Assembly: GCA_002269645.1 (NCBI GenBank)
Contig: NIVC01002320.1
Span: 120,354 to 184,353 of the forward strand
DNA length: 64,000 bases
From: Macrostomum lignano
Taxonomy: Eukaryota
Direction of reading: 5' to 3'
The translations under genes and the position numbers were made by a program. Below, in pieces: positions 10,901 through 22,952 of the stretch (the stretch's first letter is position 1; every line of letters starts with the position of its first letter). The notes below the pieces were generated by a model. It was not told the DNA's origin. It did no database searches and saw only the letters and a list, made by a program, of their open reading frames with translations.

Positions 10901-13900
10901 CAACGAGGAAATTCTCGCTGCCATGTCGCTGTTGAGCAGCAGCACATCCTGGATGCGGGCTTCCTTCTCCTGCACCATCGCCTCGGAGTTGCTGGCGGCC
11001 ATGCGCTTCAGCAGCAGCTCCTGGGTGAGCGTCTGCAGCGACTGCCAGGCCGCGGAAATCTGCGCCTCTAGCGTGGCAATCTTGGAGTCCTCGGCGACCA
11101 CCTTCGCCTCCTGGTCGCGTCGCAGGGCTTCCAAACGGTCCTCGGCCGAGCCAATTTGCACCAGAGTCTCCCGGAGCAGCGACACCAGCTGGCTCTTCTT
11201 CACTGTGAGGCTCTGCACCCGCTGCTCGAGCTGGCGCACCTGGACCAGGCTGGTCTCGTAGTCCTCCGCGCTGAACGCCTGGCTGCGCATGGAGTGCAGT
11301 CTGTCCAGCTGGTCCTGCAGCCGCTGCACCGTGGCCTTGTAGTGCGACACCATGCGGCTGCACAGCTCCAGCCTGGAGTTCACCGGCAAACATCCGGGTG
11401 GGATTTCAACTGAGTGGGATTTCACTGAGTGGGATTTCACTGTTCAGGATCTAGTTTTAGTACCGGGTTGTACTGTCTCCCCAAACTAAAATGTTTTTGC
11501 AAAGCCAAACAAGAGGCCACAGGCAAGTAAAGTTCTTGGATGAGAGAGCTAGTACTTCATTCCGCATCATTGAGCAGGTTCCGAAATTTCTGCACTTTAC
11601 GAGAGGACTGAAAATATGGAAAATTCCTGATTGTAAAGTTTTGGCTCTCGAAGGAAAGCATTGAAAATCTTGACATAATGGGTTTAGTAGTAGATAAGCC
11701 TTGGTTTCGAGTCAAATTCAAATTAGTTGTTAGGTCAGCCAAGGTCATCAACAAGTCAGTAGGTCAACTGGGGTCATCAACAAGTCAGTAGGTCAACTGG
11801 AGTCATCAACAAGTCAGTAGATCAACTGAGGGTCATCAACAAGTCAGTAGGTCAACTGGGGGTCATCAACAAGTCAGTAGGTCAACTGGGGTCATCAACA
11901 AGTCAGTAGGTCAACTGGGGTCATCAACAAGTCAGTAGGTCAACTGGGGTCATCAACAAGTCAGTAGGTCAACTGGGGTCATCAACAAGTCAGTAGATCA
12001 ACTGGGGTCATCAACAAGTCAGTAGATCAACTGAGGGTCATCAACAAGTCAGTAGGTCAACTGGGGTCATCAACAAGTCAGTAGGTCAACTGAGGGTCAT
12101 CAACAAGTCAGTATAGGTCAACTGGGGTCATCAACAAGTCAGTAGGTCAACTGAGGGTCATCAACAAGTCAGTAGGTCAACTGAGGGTCATCAACAATTC
12201 AGTAGGTCAACTGGGGGTCATCGACATGTCATTAGGTCAACTATGGGTCATCAACAAGTCAGTAGGTCAACTGGGGTCATCAACAAGTCAGTAGGTCAAC
12301 TGAGGGTCATCAACAAGTCAGTATAGGTCAACTGGGGTCATCAACAAGTCAGTAGGTCAACTGGGGTCATCAACAAGTCAGTAGGTCAGCCTCACCGAAT
12401 CTGCTTGCTCTCGAACTGGTACTGCAGAGTCTCCAGGCTCTGCTGCAGCTGGCTGATGCTGGCGTACACGCTGTAAAGCCAGGCCTCGTACTGGTGCACC
12501 GAGTCCTGCAGGTAGCGCAGAAAGCCCTGCCGGACAGCCAGGCTACTCCTGGCCGAGTTGCACTCCCGGTAGCACTGCGGGAACAGCAGCTGGACGCCTC
12601 TGGTGGACAGCAGATAGTAGGAGCTCAGCTCAGCCAGGTTGCCTGGCGTGGAGACAAAGCCGACGGCCTCGGAGTGCAGCGCCGGGTTCCACGTGGAGCT
12701 GAGACTCAAGAAGTAGGCGTTGGTGCCGGTGGGCAGCAGCGAGGCCGCCTCCTTCAGGCTCCGACCGCTGTTTGTGACGCTGTCGGTGATGACCACAACG
12801 TTGCGGCGGGCATCAGGGCGGCTGACCTGATGCAGCATAGAGGCAGCAGCCGCCACCGCCTCGCCTGTGGCCGTGGCCGAGTCCTCGTCGTAGCGCAGCA
12901 GCAGCAGCCGGCGGAAGAAAACGTCCACAGTCGGACACTCGTCCGGGTTGATGACGCTGAGGACGCGGCCGCTGTAGAAGACGGCGCCGAACTGGACAGC
13001 TGCGGGCCCGTAGCTAAGCTGGCTGGCCAGGCGGGCCATGAAGGAGGCAACCTGGGAGACGGTACGATTAGGCGTTGTTCAGTGAGGGTTCGGTGAGGGA
13101 CGGCGAGGGATTGGCGAGAAATGGCATGAGGGTTCGGCGAGAAATGGCAAGAGGGTTCGGCGAGAAATGGCAAGAGGGCTCGGCGAGAAATGGCAAGAGG
13201 GTTCGGCGAGAAATGGCAAGAGGGTTCGGCGAGAAATGACACGAGGGTTCGGCGAGAAATGGCAAGAGGGCTCGGCGAGAAATGGCAAGAGAGTTCGGCG
13301 AGAAATGGCAAGAGGGCTCGGCGAGAAATGGCAAGAGGGTTCAGCGAGAAATGACACGAGGGTTCGGCGAGAAATAGCAAGAGGGTTCGGTGAGAACTGG
13401 CACGAGGGTTCGGCAGGAGTCGGCGAGTGTGGGGGTCGAATCTCGCGCAGATAGACGGAGACCGGTTTCTGGCTTGTTTGCCTTCGTCAGTTAGCAATAG
13501 ACATACACCGTCCCCTCCCACCAGTATCAGTTTATACAGACATTTCTTATATGGCGGCATCTTGCAGGTTATACAAGAAATTCTACGATTCAAATCTTTA
13601 TAATTTATCTACTTTTCTTAGTAGTCTATATTGAATCTCTCACGGCGGGGGTTTGGCACGAGTCAACAAGGGTTAGACAAGAGTCGGTGAGGGTTAGGCG
13701 AGAGTCAGTAGAGATTCGGCGAGAGTCGATAGAGATTCGGCGAGAGTCGATAGAGATTCGGCGAGAGTCGGTAGAGATTCGGTGAGAGTCGGTAGAGATT
13801 CGGTGAGAGTCGGTAGAGATTCGGTGAGAGTCGGTAGAGATTCGGCGAGAGTCGGTAGAGATTCGGCGAGAGTCGGTAGAGATTCGGCGAGAGTCGGTAG

Positions 13901-16900
13901 AGATTCGGTGAGAGTCAGTAGAGATTCGGTGAGAGTCGGTAGAGATTCGGCGAGAGTCGGTAGAGATTCGGTGAGAGTCAGTAGAGATTAGGCGAGAGTC
14001 AGTAGAGATTAGGCGAGAGTCAGTAGAGATTCTTCGAGAGCCGGTGAGGATTAGGGAATATCGGTAGGGAAATCAAAGCATCAGGTTCACCTGAAATCTG
14101 ATCTGAAAAGGCGACTTGGCTCGGTTGGTGTCCACAACAAAGACAATGTAGTTCTGGCCGGGAAAGCAGGCGGCAGCGGTGCCGGTCCAGTTCTGCTGCC
14201 GGCAGGCGTACTGGCAGCCCTCCGTCAGCTGCGGCAGCTCGCCGCGACGGCAGGTGGCCACCGGGGCTGGGCAGAGGCGGTAGCGACGGAGGCGGCAGCC
14301 ACCATCCAGTTGGAGCCACTCGGAGCTGAACTCGACAGGAGACTGGCGCCACGGCTGCACAGGACAGCCCTTTGCGTCCAGCGGAATGCGAGTGGATGAG
14401 CTGGTGGAGCCTGAAGACGGGGTCGAACCAGAAACAGATCCGACAGTTGAAGCAGAGCCGGCAGTTGAAGCAGATCCAGCAGTTGAAGCAGATCCAGCAG
14501 TTGAAGCAGAGCCGGCAGTTGAAGCAGATCCAGCAGTTGAAGCCGAGCCGGCAGTTGAAGCAGATCCAGCAGTTGAAGCAGATCCAGTAGTTGAAGCAGA
14601 TCCAGCAGTTGAAGCAGATCCAGCAGTTGAAGCCGAGCCGGCAGTTGAAGCAGATCCAGCAGTTGAAGCAGATCCAGCAGTTGAAGCAGATCCAGCAGTT
14701 GTAGCAGAGCCGGCAGTTGAAGCAGAGCCGGCAGTTGAAGCAGAGCCGGCAGTTGAAGCAGATCCAGCAGTTGAAGCAGATCCAGCAGTTGAAGCAGAGC
14801 CGGCAGTTGAAGCAGAGCCGGCAGTTGAAGCAGATCCAGCAGTTGAAGCAGATCCATCAGTTGTAGCAGAGCCGGCAGTTGAAGCAGAGCCGGCAGTTGA
14901 AGCAGAGCCGGCAGTTGAAGCAGATCCAGCAGTTGAAGCAGAGCCGGCAGATGAGGCAGAGCCAGCAGTTGAAGCAGATCCATCAGTTGTAGCAGAGCCG
15001 GCAGTTGAAGCAGAGCCGGCAGTTGAAGCAGATCCAGCAGTTGAAGCAGATCCAGCAGTTGAAGCAGAGCCGGCAGATGAAGCAGAGCCAGCAGTTGAAG
15101 CAGAGCCGGCAGATGAGGCAGAGCCAGCAGTTGAAGCAGATCCATCAGTTGTAGCAGAGCCGGCAGTTGAAGCAGAGCCGGCAGATGAAGCAGATCCATC
15201 AGTTGTAGCAGAGCCGGCAGTTGAAGCAGAGCCGGCAGATGAAGCAGAGCCGGCAGATGAAGCAGAGCCGGCAGATGAAGCAGAGCCGGCAGTTGAGCCA
15301 GAACCAGTAAGACGGCCAGAACCAGCAGTTGAGCCAGAACCAGTAAGACGGCCAGAACCAGCAGTTGAGCCAGAACCAGTAAGACGGCCAGAGCCAGCAG
15401 TTGAGCCAGAACCAGTAAGACGGCCAGAACCAGCAGTTGAGCCGGAACCAGCAGGCAAGGAGCTGGCAGCAGTAGTAGCAGAGGTTTTAGTGGACGAAAA
15501 CGAGCTTGAAGACGCCGATGCAGCGGAAGAAGCCGATGAGGAGGATGTGGAAATGTGGTGGCTCGATTCCATGGCCAGTGCAATCTGTTTGCAGTCAAAT
15601 TGCTGGCACTGGAGCCACTTGGTTGGCCGGGGCGTCTCGCGGTAGCCGGCCGGACAGGCTGGACGCTCGGCCGGACAGTCGACGCAGGTGAGGCTGGGGC
15701 AGCCGTGAGCGTCAATCACCTGAGTTTAAGTGGGTTGGATGGTGGAGAGCTTTAGGCTTGGCGGGGGGCTTTTAATAGCGAAGAATTGCTGATTCCAGAT
15801 TTCCGAGGGAGACACAGGTAGACAGGGAACAGAGAGACACAGGTAGACAGGGAACAGAGAGACACAGGTAGACAGGGAACAGAGACACACAGGTAGACAG
15901 GGAACAGAGAGACACAGGTAGACAGGGAACAGAGACACACAGGTAGACAGGGAACAGAGAGAGACACAGGTAGACAGGGAACAGAGAGACACAGGTAGAC
16001 AGGGAACAGAGAGACACAGGTAGACAGGGAACAGAGAGACACAGGTAGACAGGGAACAGAGAGACACAGGTAGACAGGGAACAGAGAGACACAGGTAGAC
16101 AGGGAACAGAGACACACAGGTAGACAGGGAACAGAGAGAGACACAGGTAGACAGGGAACAGAGAGACACAGGTAGACAGGGAACAGAGAGACACAGGTAG
16201 ACAGGGAACAGAGAGACACAGGTAGACAGGGAACAGAGAGAGACACAGGTAGACAGGGAACAGAGAGACACAGGTAGACAGGGAACAGAGAGAGACACAG
16301 GTAGACAGGGAACAGAGAGACACAGGTAGACAGGGAACAGAGACACACAGGTAGACAGGGAACAGAGAGACACAGGTAGACAGGGAACAGAGAGAGACAC
16401 AGGTAGACAGGGAACAGAGAGACACAGGTAGACAGGGAACAGAGAGACACAGGTAGACAGGGAACAGAGAGACACAGGTAGACAGGGAACAGAGAGAGAC
16501 ACACAGGTAGACAGGGAACAGAGACACACAGGTAGACAGGGAACAGAGAGAGACACAGGTAGACAGGGAACACAGAGAGACACATGTAGACAGGGAACAG
16601 AGAGACACAGCAGAGCGGCTCACCTGTTGCACCTGCTGTGAGCCGGCGGTGCAATTCGGCAGGGCGGTCCCGGAGGCAACGCAGGCGGCCGGCAGATCGC
16701 GACAGCCGGGCGGGCGGCTGCCAGCAGACGGGCAGGGCAGGCAGAACTGAGCGGAGCAGCCGTCAATGCGGAGGCTGGCCAGGTGGAACAGGCCAGGCTG
16801 ACAGTCTGCGGCCTCGAAGTCCAGCTGGCCGCGGCGGCTGCAGCCGGGCCTGGCGCCGCAGGCCTCCTGGTCGCGGCAGGGCCGGCAGGTTGCCGTCTTG

Positions 16901-18555
16901 CAGCCGTTGGCGTCCAGGCTGAACTCGGCGGTGGTGCCGGGGCTGCACAGCACCAGCGGCTCCGGGCAGGGGCGGCGGCACTCGGCGGGCAGCTGAGCCT
17001 CCGACGAATTCAGTCGGGCTGCTGAGCGAGGATTTGCATTCTATTGGCTTTTTGTGCGATAACAGTTGCCAATTCACCCTAGAAAGTGCACCTGGCTCTT
17101 GCGCCACGACCCTTGGGAATGTGAATCAGTCCCTGTGAATCAGTCCCTGTGAATCAGTCCCTGTGAATCAGTCCCTGTGAATCAGTCCCTGTGAATCAGT
17201 CCCTGTGAATCAGTCCCTGTGAATCAGTCCCTGTGAATCAGTCCCTGTGAATCAGTCCCTGTGAATCAGTCCCTGTGAATCAGTCCCTGTGAATCAGTCC
17301 CTGTGAATCAGTCCCTGTGAATCAGTCCCTGTGAATCAGTCCCTGTGAATCAGTCCCTGTGAATCAGTCCCTGTGAATCAGTCCCTGTGAATCAGTCCCT
17401 GTGAATCAGTCCCTGTGAATCAGTCCCTGTGAATCAGTCCCTGTGAATCAGTCCCAGCGAACGCACCCGCCATCTCGCAGCTGGCGCACTCCACCTGAAG
17501 GCAGCCCCCTTCAGCAGCGGGCGCAGCTCGGCGGTACTGCCCGGCGGAGCAGGCCACCGCCCAGTCCGGCTGGCTGCCGCAGTCTTCACTCGGTCGGCAG
17601 GCCGGCAGGTCGCGGTGTTTGAAGTCGCAGTCGCGGCAGCTCCACGGCTGGCAGTGTCCGATCGGATTGTCCGCCCTAAACTGGCCGGCCGGACAGGACA
17701 CCGGCAGGGTGTTGTTCGGACAGGGCTCGCAGATCCAGTGGCAGGTGGCGAGGCCACTGCTGGAGTCCCGCAGCAGCTGCTTGGCGGGCTGGCGGCCAGG
17801 CGGGCAGTCGGGCTTGTTTGCCTCTGTGCAGCCCGGCGCTGGGCAGCCAGGCCGGTCGGCGGTGTCCGGTGTGCAGTCGGCGCACCCGGCCAGCGGACAG
17901 CCGGTCTCTGGGTCAGATTCGGTTCGGACATACTGGCCGGGAGGGCAGACTGGCTCGGACAGTAGCGGACAGGCGGCACAGGAGGACAGCTGGCAGCCGA
18001 GAGAGTCGTTGAATCGACGGAGGAACTGGCCGGAGCCGCAGGCGGGGGCTTCGCAGCCTGCGGCGGGCAGCGGCAGCCGTAGTGGAGGCCCATGAGAGCC
18101 GGGGCGCAGGGCAGGCAGGCGAGCGACGAACAGCCGGCATCCTCGGCCTCGCCCAAGTACTGGCCAGCCGGACATTGGCCGGTAAAGTCGGCCGGCGAAG
18201 CTATTGGTGGGCAGTCGAGGCCGCGGCATTCGGACCGGTGGCTGGAGGTCAGGCCGCACGGCTGGCAGGCGTCAGCGGGGCATCCGGCCGGGTCGAAGCT
18301 GACCTTGTGAAAGTTGCCGGGCGGGCAGTTGATGGAGCGGATGGTGGGGCAGCGAATCTCCGGGGGCAGAGGCTGGGAGTCGGCGATGATGGGGAAGCTG
18401 GGACTCGGAGGCGGCAGTGTGGTCGGGGCTTGGCCGGCATGAACTGTGGATGCCGGGAGCAGCTGGGCAGCTGCTGGTTGGGCCAGCTGGCACAGGGCCA
18501 GACAGCTAAGCAGAAGGGTGGCAACGGCTGGGAGCCGCCGCAGTCTGTGCAACAT
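7949..18555 (-). CDS. Large secreted modular protein: signal peptide, antistasin-like Cys-rich repeats, Ser/Ala/Gly/Thr repeats, VWA domain, coiled coil, two C-terminal globular repeats (6 exons, ~1938 aa, one frameshift near 18060)
   Basis: Exons 18555-17467, 17021-16624, 15719-14091, 13051-12396, 11372-10848, 9467-7949. All introns are GT-AG with matching phases (1,0,0,2,2). Summed length is 5816 nt, becoming a multiple of 3 after restoring one base at the frameshift. N-terminus MLHRLRRLPAVATLLLSCLALCQLAQPAAA; VWA motifs IVFVVD / QFGAVFYS / TATGEAV / VVVITD. Confidence 0.85.
7970..8185 (-). repeat. Coding 18-bp repeat (GSASTS/GSAASS) at the C-terminus of the secreted protein
   Basis: Unit ggttccgcctctacatcc on the minus strand, in frame within exon 6. 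Confidence 0.85.
9521..10818. repeat. 21-bp minisatellite, ~62 copies, filling intron 5
   Basis: Unit acacagccaatccaggccaac, nearly invariant. Confidence 0.98.
11731..12389. repeat. 29-31-bp minisatellite in intron 4
   Basis: Unit ggggtcatcaacaagtcagtaggtcaact, ~21 copies. Confidence 0.96.
13068..13420. repeat. 23-bp minisatellite in intron 3
   Basis: Unit ggcgagaaatggcaagagggttc. Confidence 0.95.
13690..14035. repeat. 21-bp minisatellite in intron 3
   Basis: Unit ggtagagattcggcgagagtc. Confidence 0.95.
14425..15440 (-). repeat. Coding 18-bp (GSASTA) and 36-bp (GSGSTAGSGRLT) repeats in exon 3
   Basis: Unit ggatctgcttcaactgc(t/c) on the minus strand, in frame with flanking Cys-rich sequence. 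Confidence 0.92.
15808..16612. repeat. ~25-bp minisatellite filling intron 2
   Basis: Unit gagacacaggtagacagggaacaga with variable ag dinucleotide number. Confidence 0.97.
17120..17455. repeat. 14-bp minisatellite, 24 copies, intron 1
   Basis: Unit tgtgaatcagtccc, perfect. Confidence 0.98.
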
Positions 18556-19344
18556 GGCTTGCTGAGCTCAGTGTGATAAGTGGGCTTACTATGCAGACTT
18601 GACAGTGTCCGATGCCAGCAGTTAAGTGGCCGTGAGAATCAACCCGAGAGCTTTTCTCTTTATGCTACAAGCACGGTCTCAGATGCCAGACAAAGGATTT
18701 AGCCAAAAGTCTGTTATGAATTTAATCAGACCAATCAGAACGCGTAGCGAGCGCGCAGTAGGGGTTCGGCCAGAAAGGCGATGTACTTAGAAACTTTAAC
18801 CGGGCGTAATTGATCTGTGTACATTGATCTCGGCGCTGAGTCATCTCTGCACGCGTGTATGGCCTTGTTTGTTAACTTGATCTATTTTTAACCAATAAAA
18901 GTACACCCGGTACACGCAGAATGGCTGCAGCTTGTATTCCACACACAGTGTATGAGAGTGCCTCTTTATGAGGCCTTGAAATTAGTCGAAGAAAACAAAA
19001 AAATCAATACAGTTCAGTAGAGTTTTGTTAAACATAACATTAATAATTTCACAGGACAGTACAATATTAATAAAATGTTTTTAATATTATAATCACATAG
19101 CTATATATTTGACCGTATGATAAATCGAAATCAAGATGCTTTAATCGAATATAATCAATTGTCACTGTAGCGTCCCTGCAGGACTGGACACGAGACTGTG
19201 GTTGTAGTTTATAATTGTATGACTGGGTCTGGTCACTTACTAGTACATGGGTCATCGCAGGTAGACTGTAGGTACAGCAGGTACAGTTAGGTGGTATCTG
19301 CCTGTTACAAGGTACTGCAATTAAATGGTTATAAATAGGTATCT

Positions 19345-21688
19345 GTGGACAGCAATCTGTAAAAAGATATCTGTAAACATGTATCTATAAACAGTATCTA
19401 TAAACAGGTATCTGTAAACAGGTATCTGTAAACAGGTATCTGTAAAGTAAACAGGTATCTATAAACAGTATCTGTAAACAGTATCTGTAAACAGGTATCT
19501 GTAAACATCATCTATAAACAGGTATCTGTAAACAGGTATCTGTAAACAGGTATCTATAAACAGGTATCTGTAAACAGGTATCTATAAACAGTATCTGTAA
19601 AACAGGTATATATAGACAGGTATCTGTAAACAGTATCTGTAAACAGTATCTGTAAACAGGTATCTGTAAACATAATCTATAAACAGGTATCTGTAAACAG
19701 GTATCTGTAAACAGGTATCTGTAAACATAATCTATAAACAGGTATCTGTAAACAGGTATCTGTAAACAGGTATCTATAAACAGGTATCTGTAAACAGGTA
19801 TCTATAAACAGTATCTGTAAACAGTATCTGTAAACAGGTATCTGTAAACATCATCTATAAACAGGTATCTGTAAACAGGTATCTGTAAACAAGTATCTGT
19901 AAACAGGTATCTGTAAACAGGTATCTATAAACAGGTATCTGTAAACAGGTATCTATAAACAGGTATCTATAAACAGGTATCTGTAAACAGGTATCTATAA
20001 ACAGGTATCTGTAAACAGGTATCTATAAACAGTATCTGTAAAACAGGTATATATAGACAGGTATCTGTAAACAGTATCTGTAAACAGTATCTGTAAACAT
20101 AATCTATAAACAGGTATCTGTAAACAGGTATCTGTAAACAGGTATCTGTAAACAGGTATCTATAAACAGGTATCTATAAACAGGTATCTGTAAACAGGTA
20201 TCTTTAAACAGGTATCTGTAAACAGGTATCTTTAAACAGGTATCTATAAACAGGTATCTGTAAACAGGTATCTGTAAACAGGTATCTGTAAACAGGTATC
20301 TATAAACAGGTATCTGTAAACAGGTATCTATAAACAGGTATCTGTAAACAGGTATCTATAAACAGGTATCTGTAAACAGGTATCTGTAAACAGGTATCTA
20401 TAAACAGGTATCTGTAAACAGGTATCTATAAACAGGTATCTGTAAACAGGTATCTATAAACAGGTATCTGTAAACAGGTATCTTTAAACAGGTATCTATA
20501 AACAGGTATCTATAAACAGGTATCTATAAACAGCATCTGTAAACAGGTATCTGTAAACAGGTATCTGTAAACAGGTATCTTTAAACAGGTATCTATAAAC
20601 AGGTATCTGTAAACAGGAATCTATAAACAGTATCTGTAAACAGGTATCTGTAAACAGGTATCTATAAACAGGTATCTGTAAACAGGTATCTATAAACAGG
20701 TATCTATAAACAGGTATCTGTAAACAGGTATCTATAAACAGCATCTGTAAACAGGTATCTATAAACAGTATCTGTAAAACAGGTATATATAGACAGGTAT
20801 CTGTAAACAGTATCTGTAAACAGTATCTGTAAACAGGTATCTGTAAACATAATCTATAAACAGGTATCTATAAACAGGTGTCGGTAGGTCTTGTACGCGT
20901 CATTTATTGTGCGAGATACACTTGCGCAACAAAAAAAGATAGACAAAAATGAATAATTAAAGCTAAGAGAAGAGAATTAGGACACACGGGGACAAAAAAG
21001 AGGAACGCAAAGGTGTGCAGCGTGGGTCAATAGCGCAATAATTACATCAGTTAGTAATAGTAATTACAAGCGCAAACTCCCATAATAATATGATTATATG
21101 TATAGCAGTAGTATCAATCAAATATAAACATTGCAAAGTTGACTAACAGGTATCTTTAAACAGGTATCTTTAAACAGGTATCTATAAACAGGTATCTGTA
21201 AACAGGTATCTATAAACAGCATCTGTAAACAGGTATCTATAAACAGCATCTGTAAACAGGTATCTGTAAACAGGTATCTTTAAACAGGTATCTATAAACA
21301 GGTATCTGTAAACAGGTATCTATAAACAGGTATCTGTAAACAGGTATCTATAAACAGTATCTGTAAACAGTATCTGTAAACAGGTATCTGTAAACATCAT
21401 CTATAAACAGGTATCTGTAAACAGGTATCTGTAAACAAGTATCTGTAAACAGGTATCTGTAAACAGGTATCTATAAACAGGTATCTGTAAACAGGTATCT
21501 ATAAACAGGTATCTATAAACAGGTATCTGTAAACAGGTATCTATAAACAGGTATCTGTAAACAGGTATCTATAAACAGTATCTGTAAAACAGGTATATAT
21601 AGACAGGTATCTGTAAACAGTATCTGTAAACAGTATCTGTAAACAGGTATCTGTAAACATAATCTATAAACAGGTATCTATAAACAGG
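19345..21688. repeat. 13-14-bp minisatellite interrupted by a duplicated unique segment
   Basis: Unit aaacaggtatct(g/a)t. Unique ~270-bp block at 20877-21146 is repeated at 21687-21956. Confidence 0.96.
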
Positions 21689-22380
21689 TGTCGGTAGGTC
21701 TTGTACGCGTCATTTATTGTGCGAGATACACTTGCGCAACAAAAAAAGATAGACAAAAATGAATAATTAAAGCTAAGAGAAGAGAATTAGGACACACGGG
21801 GACAAAAAAGAGGAACGCAAAGGTGTGCAGCGTGGGTCAATAGCGCAATAATTACATCAGTTAGTAATAGTAATTACAAGCGCAAACTCCCATAATAATA
21901 TGATTATATGTATAGCAGTAGTATCAATCAAATATAAACATTGCAAAGTTGACTAAGCGCTGTGCTTGACTATCAGAGAGCATTAAAATAATAAAATAAA
22001 CGCAGACTTGAGAAAATTTCGCCCCCCTCTAAAACGTGACCGACTTTAATGGGACATGTAAAATATAATTAGCTAAAAAAACTGAACAAACAATCAAATA
22101 TATCAATCAATTAACAGATAATGACAGCAAGAAAAAAGAGGAGGGTTGCGTAAACAAATTATCTTCTAAAAGAAAAAGGTGAAACAAAAATAGCTAATTT
22201 AAAAAATGTACTCAAACATATCTCAGTATCTCGCGTTTTAGATTTGATTTCAAATCGAGAAAAAATAAGAGTAAATTTTAAACACGATAAAAGCAAGGAC
22301 TACTGATAGTAAGCAGGCGCAACAATAAAGAGTTTTGGATTTTGTTTTCTGTAACTACAGGCTGTTTTTTCGCCCTTCCC

Positions 22381-22478
22381 CCAAGGCACAGTGAAGTGTA
22401 CAGGCCTAAAGATAAATAAAGTTAGGGCCGCTGTACTCTCCAGTGTGAGTGTCTGTACGTATGACTGCGTACGTATCC
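22381..22478 (+). mobile_element. Internal fragment of SINE family 1
   Basis: aaggcacagtgaagtgtacaggcctaaagataaataaagttagggccgctgtac matches the reverse complement of 5760-5820. Confidence 0.7.
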
Positions 22479-22952
22479 TAACTAAAAAACTACAATGAAA
22501 ACCAGTGCCAATATTGTTCTCAGCGTTGCGTCCGTGCCTTACTGCTGGTTGGGCCTTGGGATAAAAGCAGCACAGGATGATGGTCCTCAGAATCTCTTAA
22601 GAGATAAGCACAAATAGATTTTTGACAAACTATAAATTGAAATAGAATATACTATATAGCAAGCAGTAATATTATATCCATATTGAATAAAGTGGAGCGC
22701 ATGCTTCTGTATTTACAGGGTAATTATATCAAACTATATTTTTCCAGCTGGTTAAGTCAGACAACAGACAGACAGGTTTAGTTAACACAATGACTGTATT
22801 GGGGAGGCAGCCGTATTTTTATAGCAAAAAAAAACACTCTTGCCAAGCTGCTAAGCTATGCAGCTGTAGAGAAATGCGCGTGCATGATTAGCTTATATTA
22901 AATTATATAAGTTCGTTCAGGTGCTCATATTGCACTAGCAATAAAGGGAATG

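Noticed and set aside
11400-11445. 15-bp triplication giving MKSHSVKSHSV at the start of ORF 10808-11440
   Set aside because: Intronic; the phase-compatible acceptor is at 11373/11372.
14225-15715. Alternative-frame and antisense ORFs (AEPAVE)n and (LLQLPA)n
   Set aside because: By-products of the 18-bp coding repeat; only the GSASTA frame joins the Cys-rich exons in phase.
19345-21956. Repeat-spacer-repeat layout reminiscent of CRISPR
   Set aside because: The spacers are identical duplicated flank, units are directly tandem, the context is eukaryotic and there are no cas genes.
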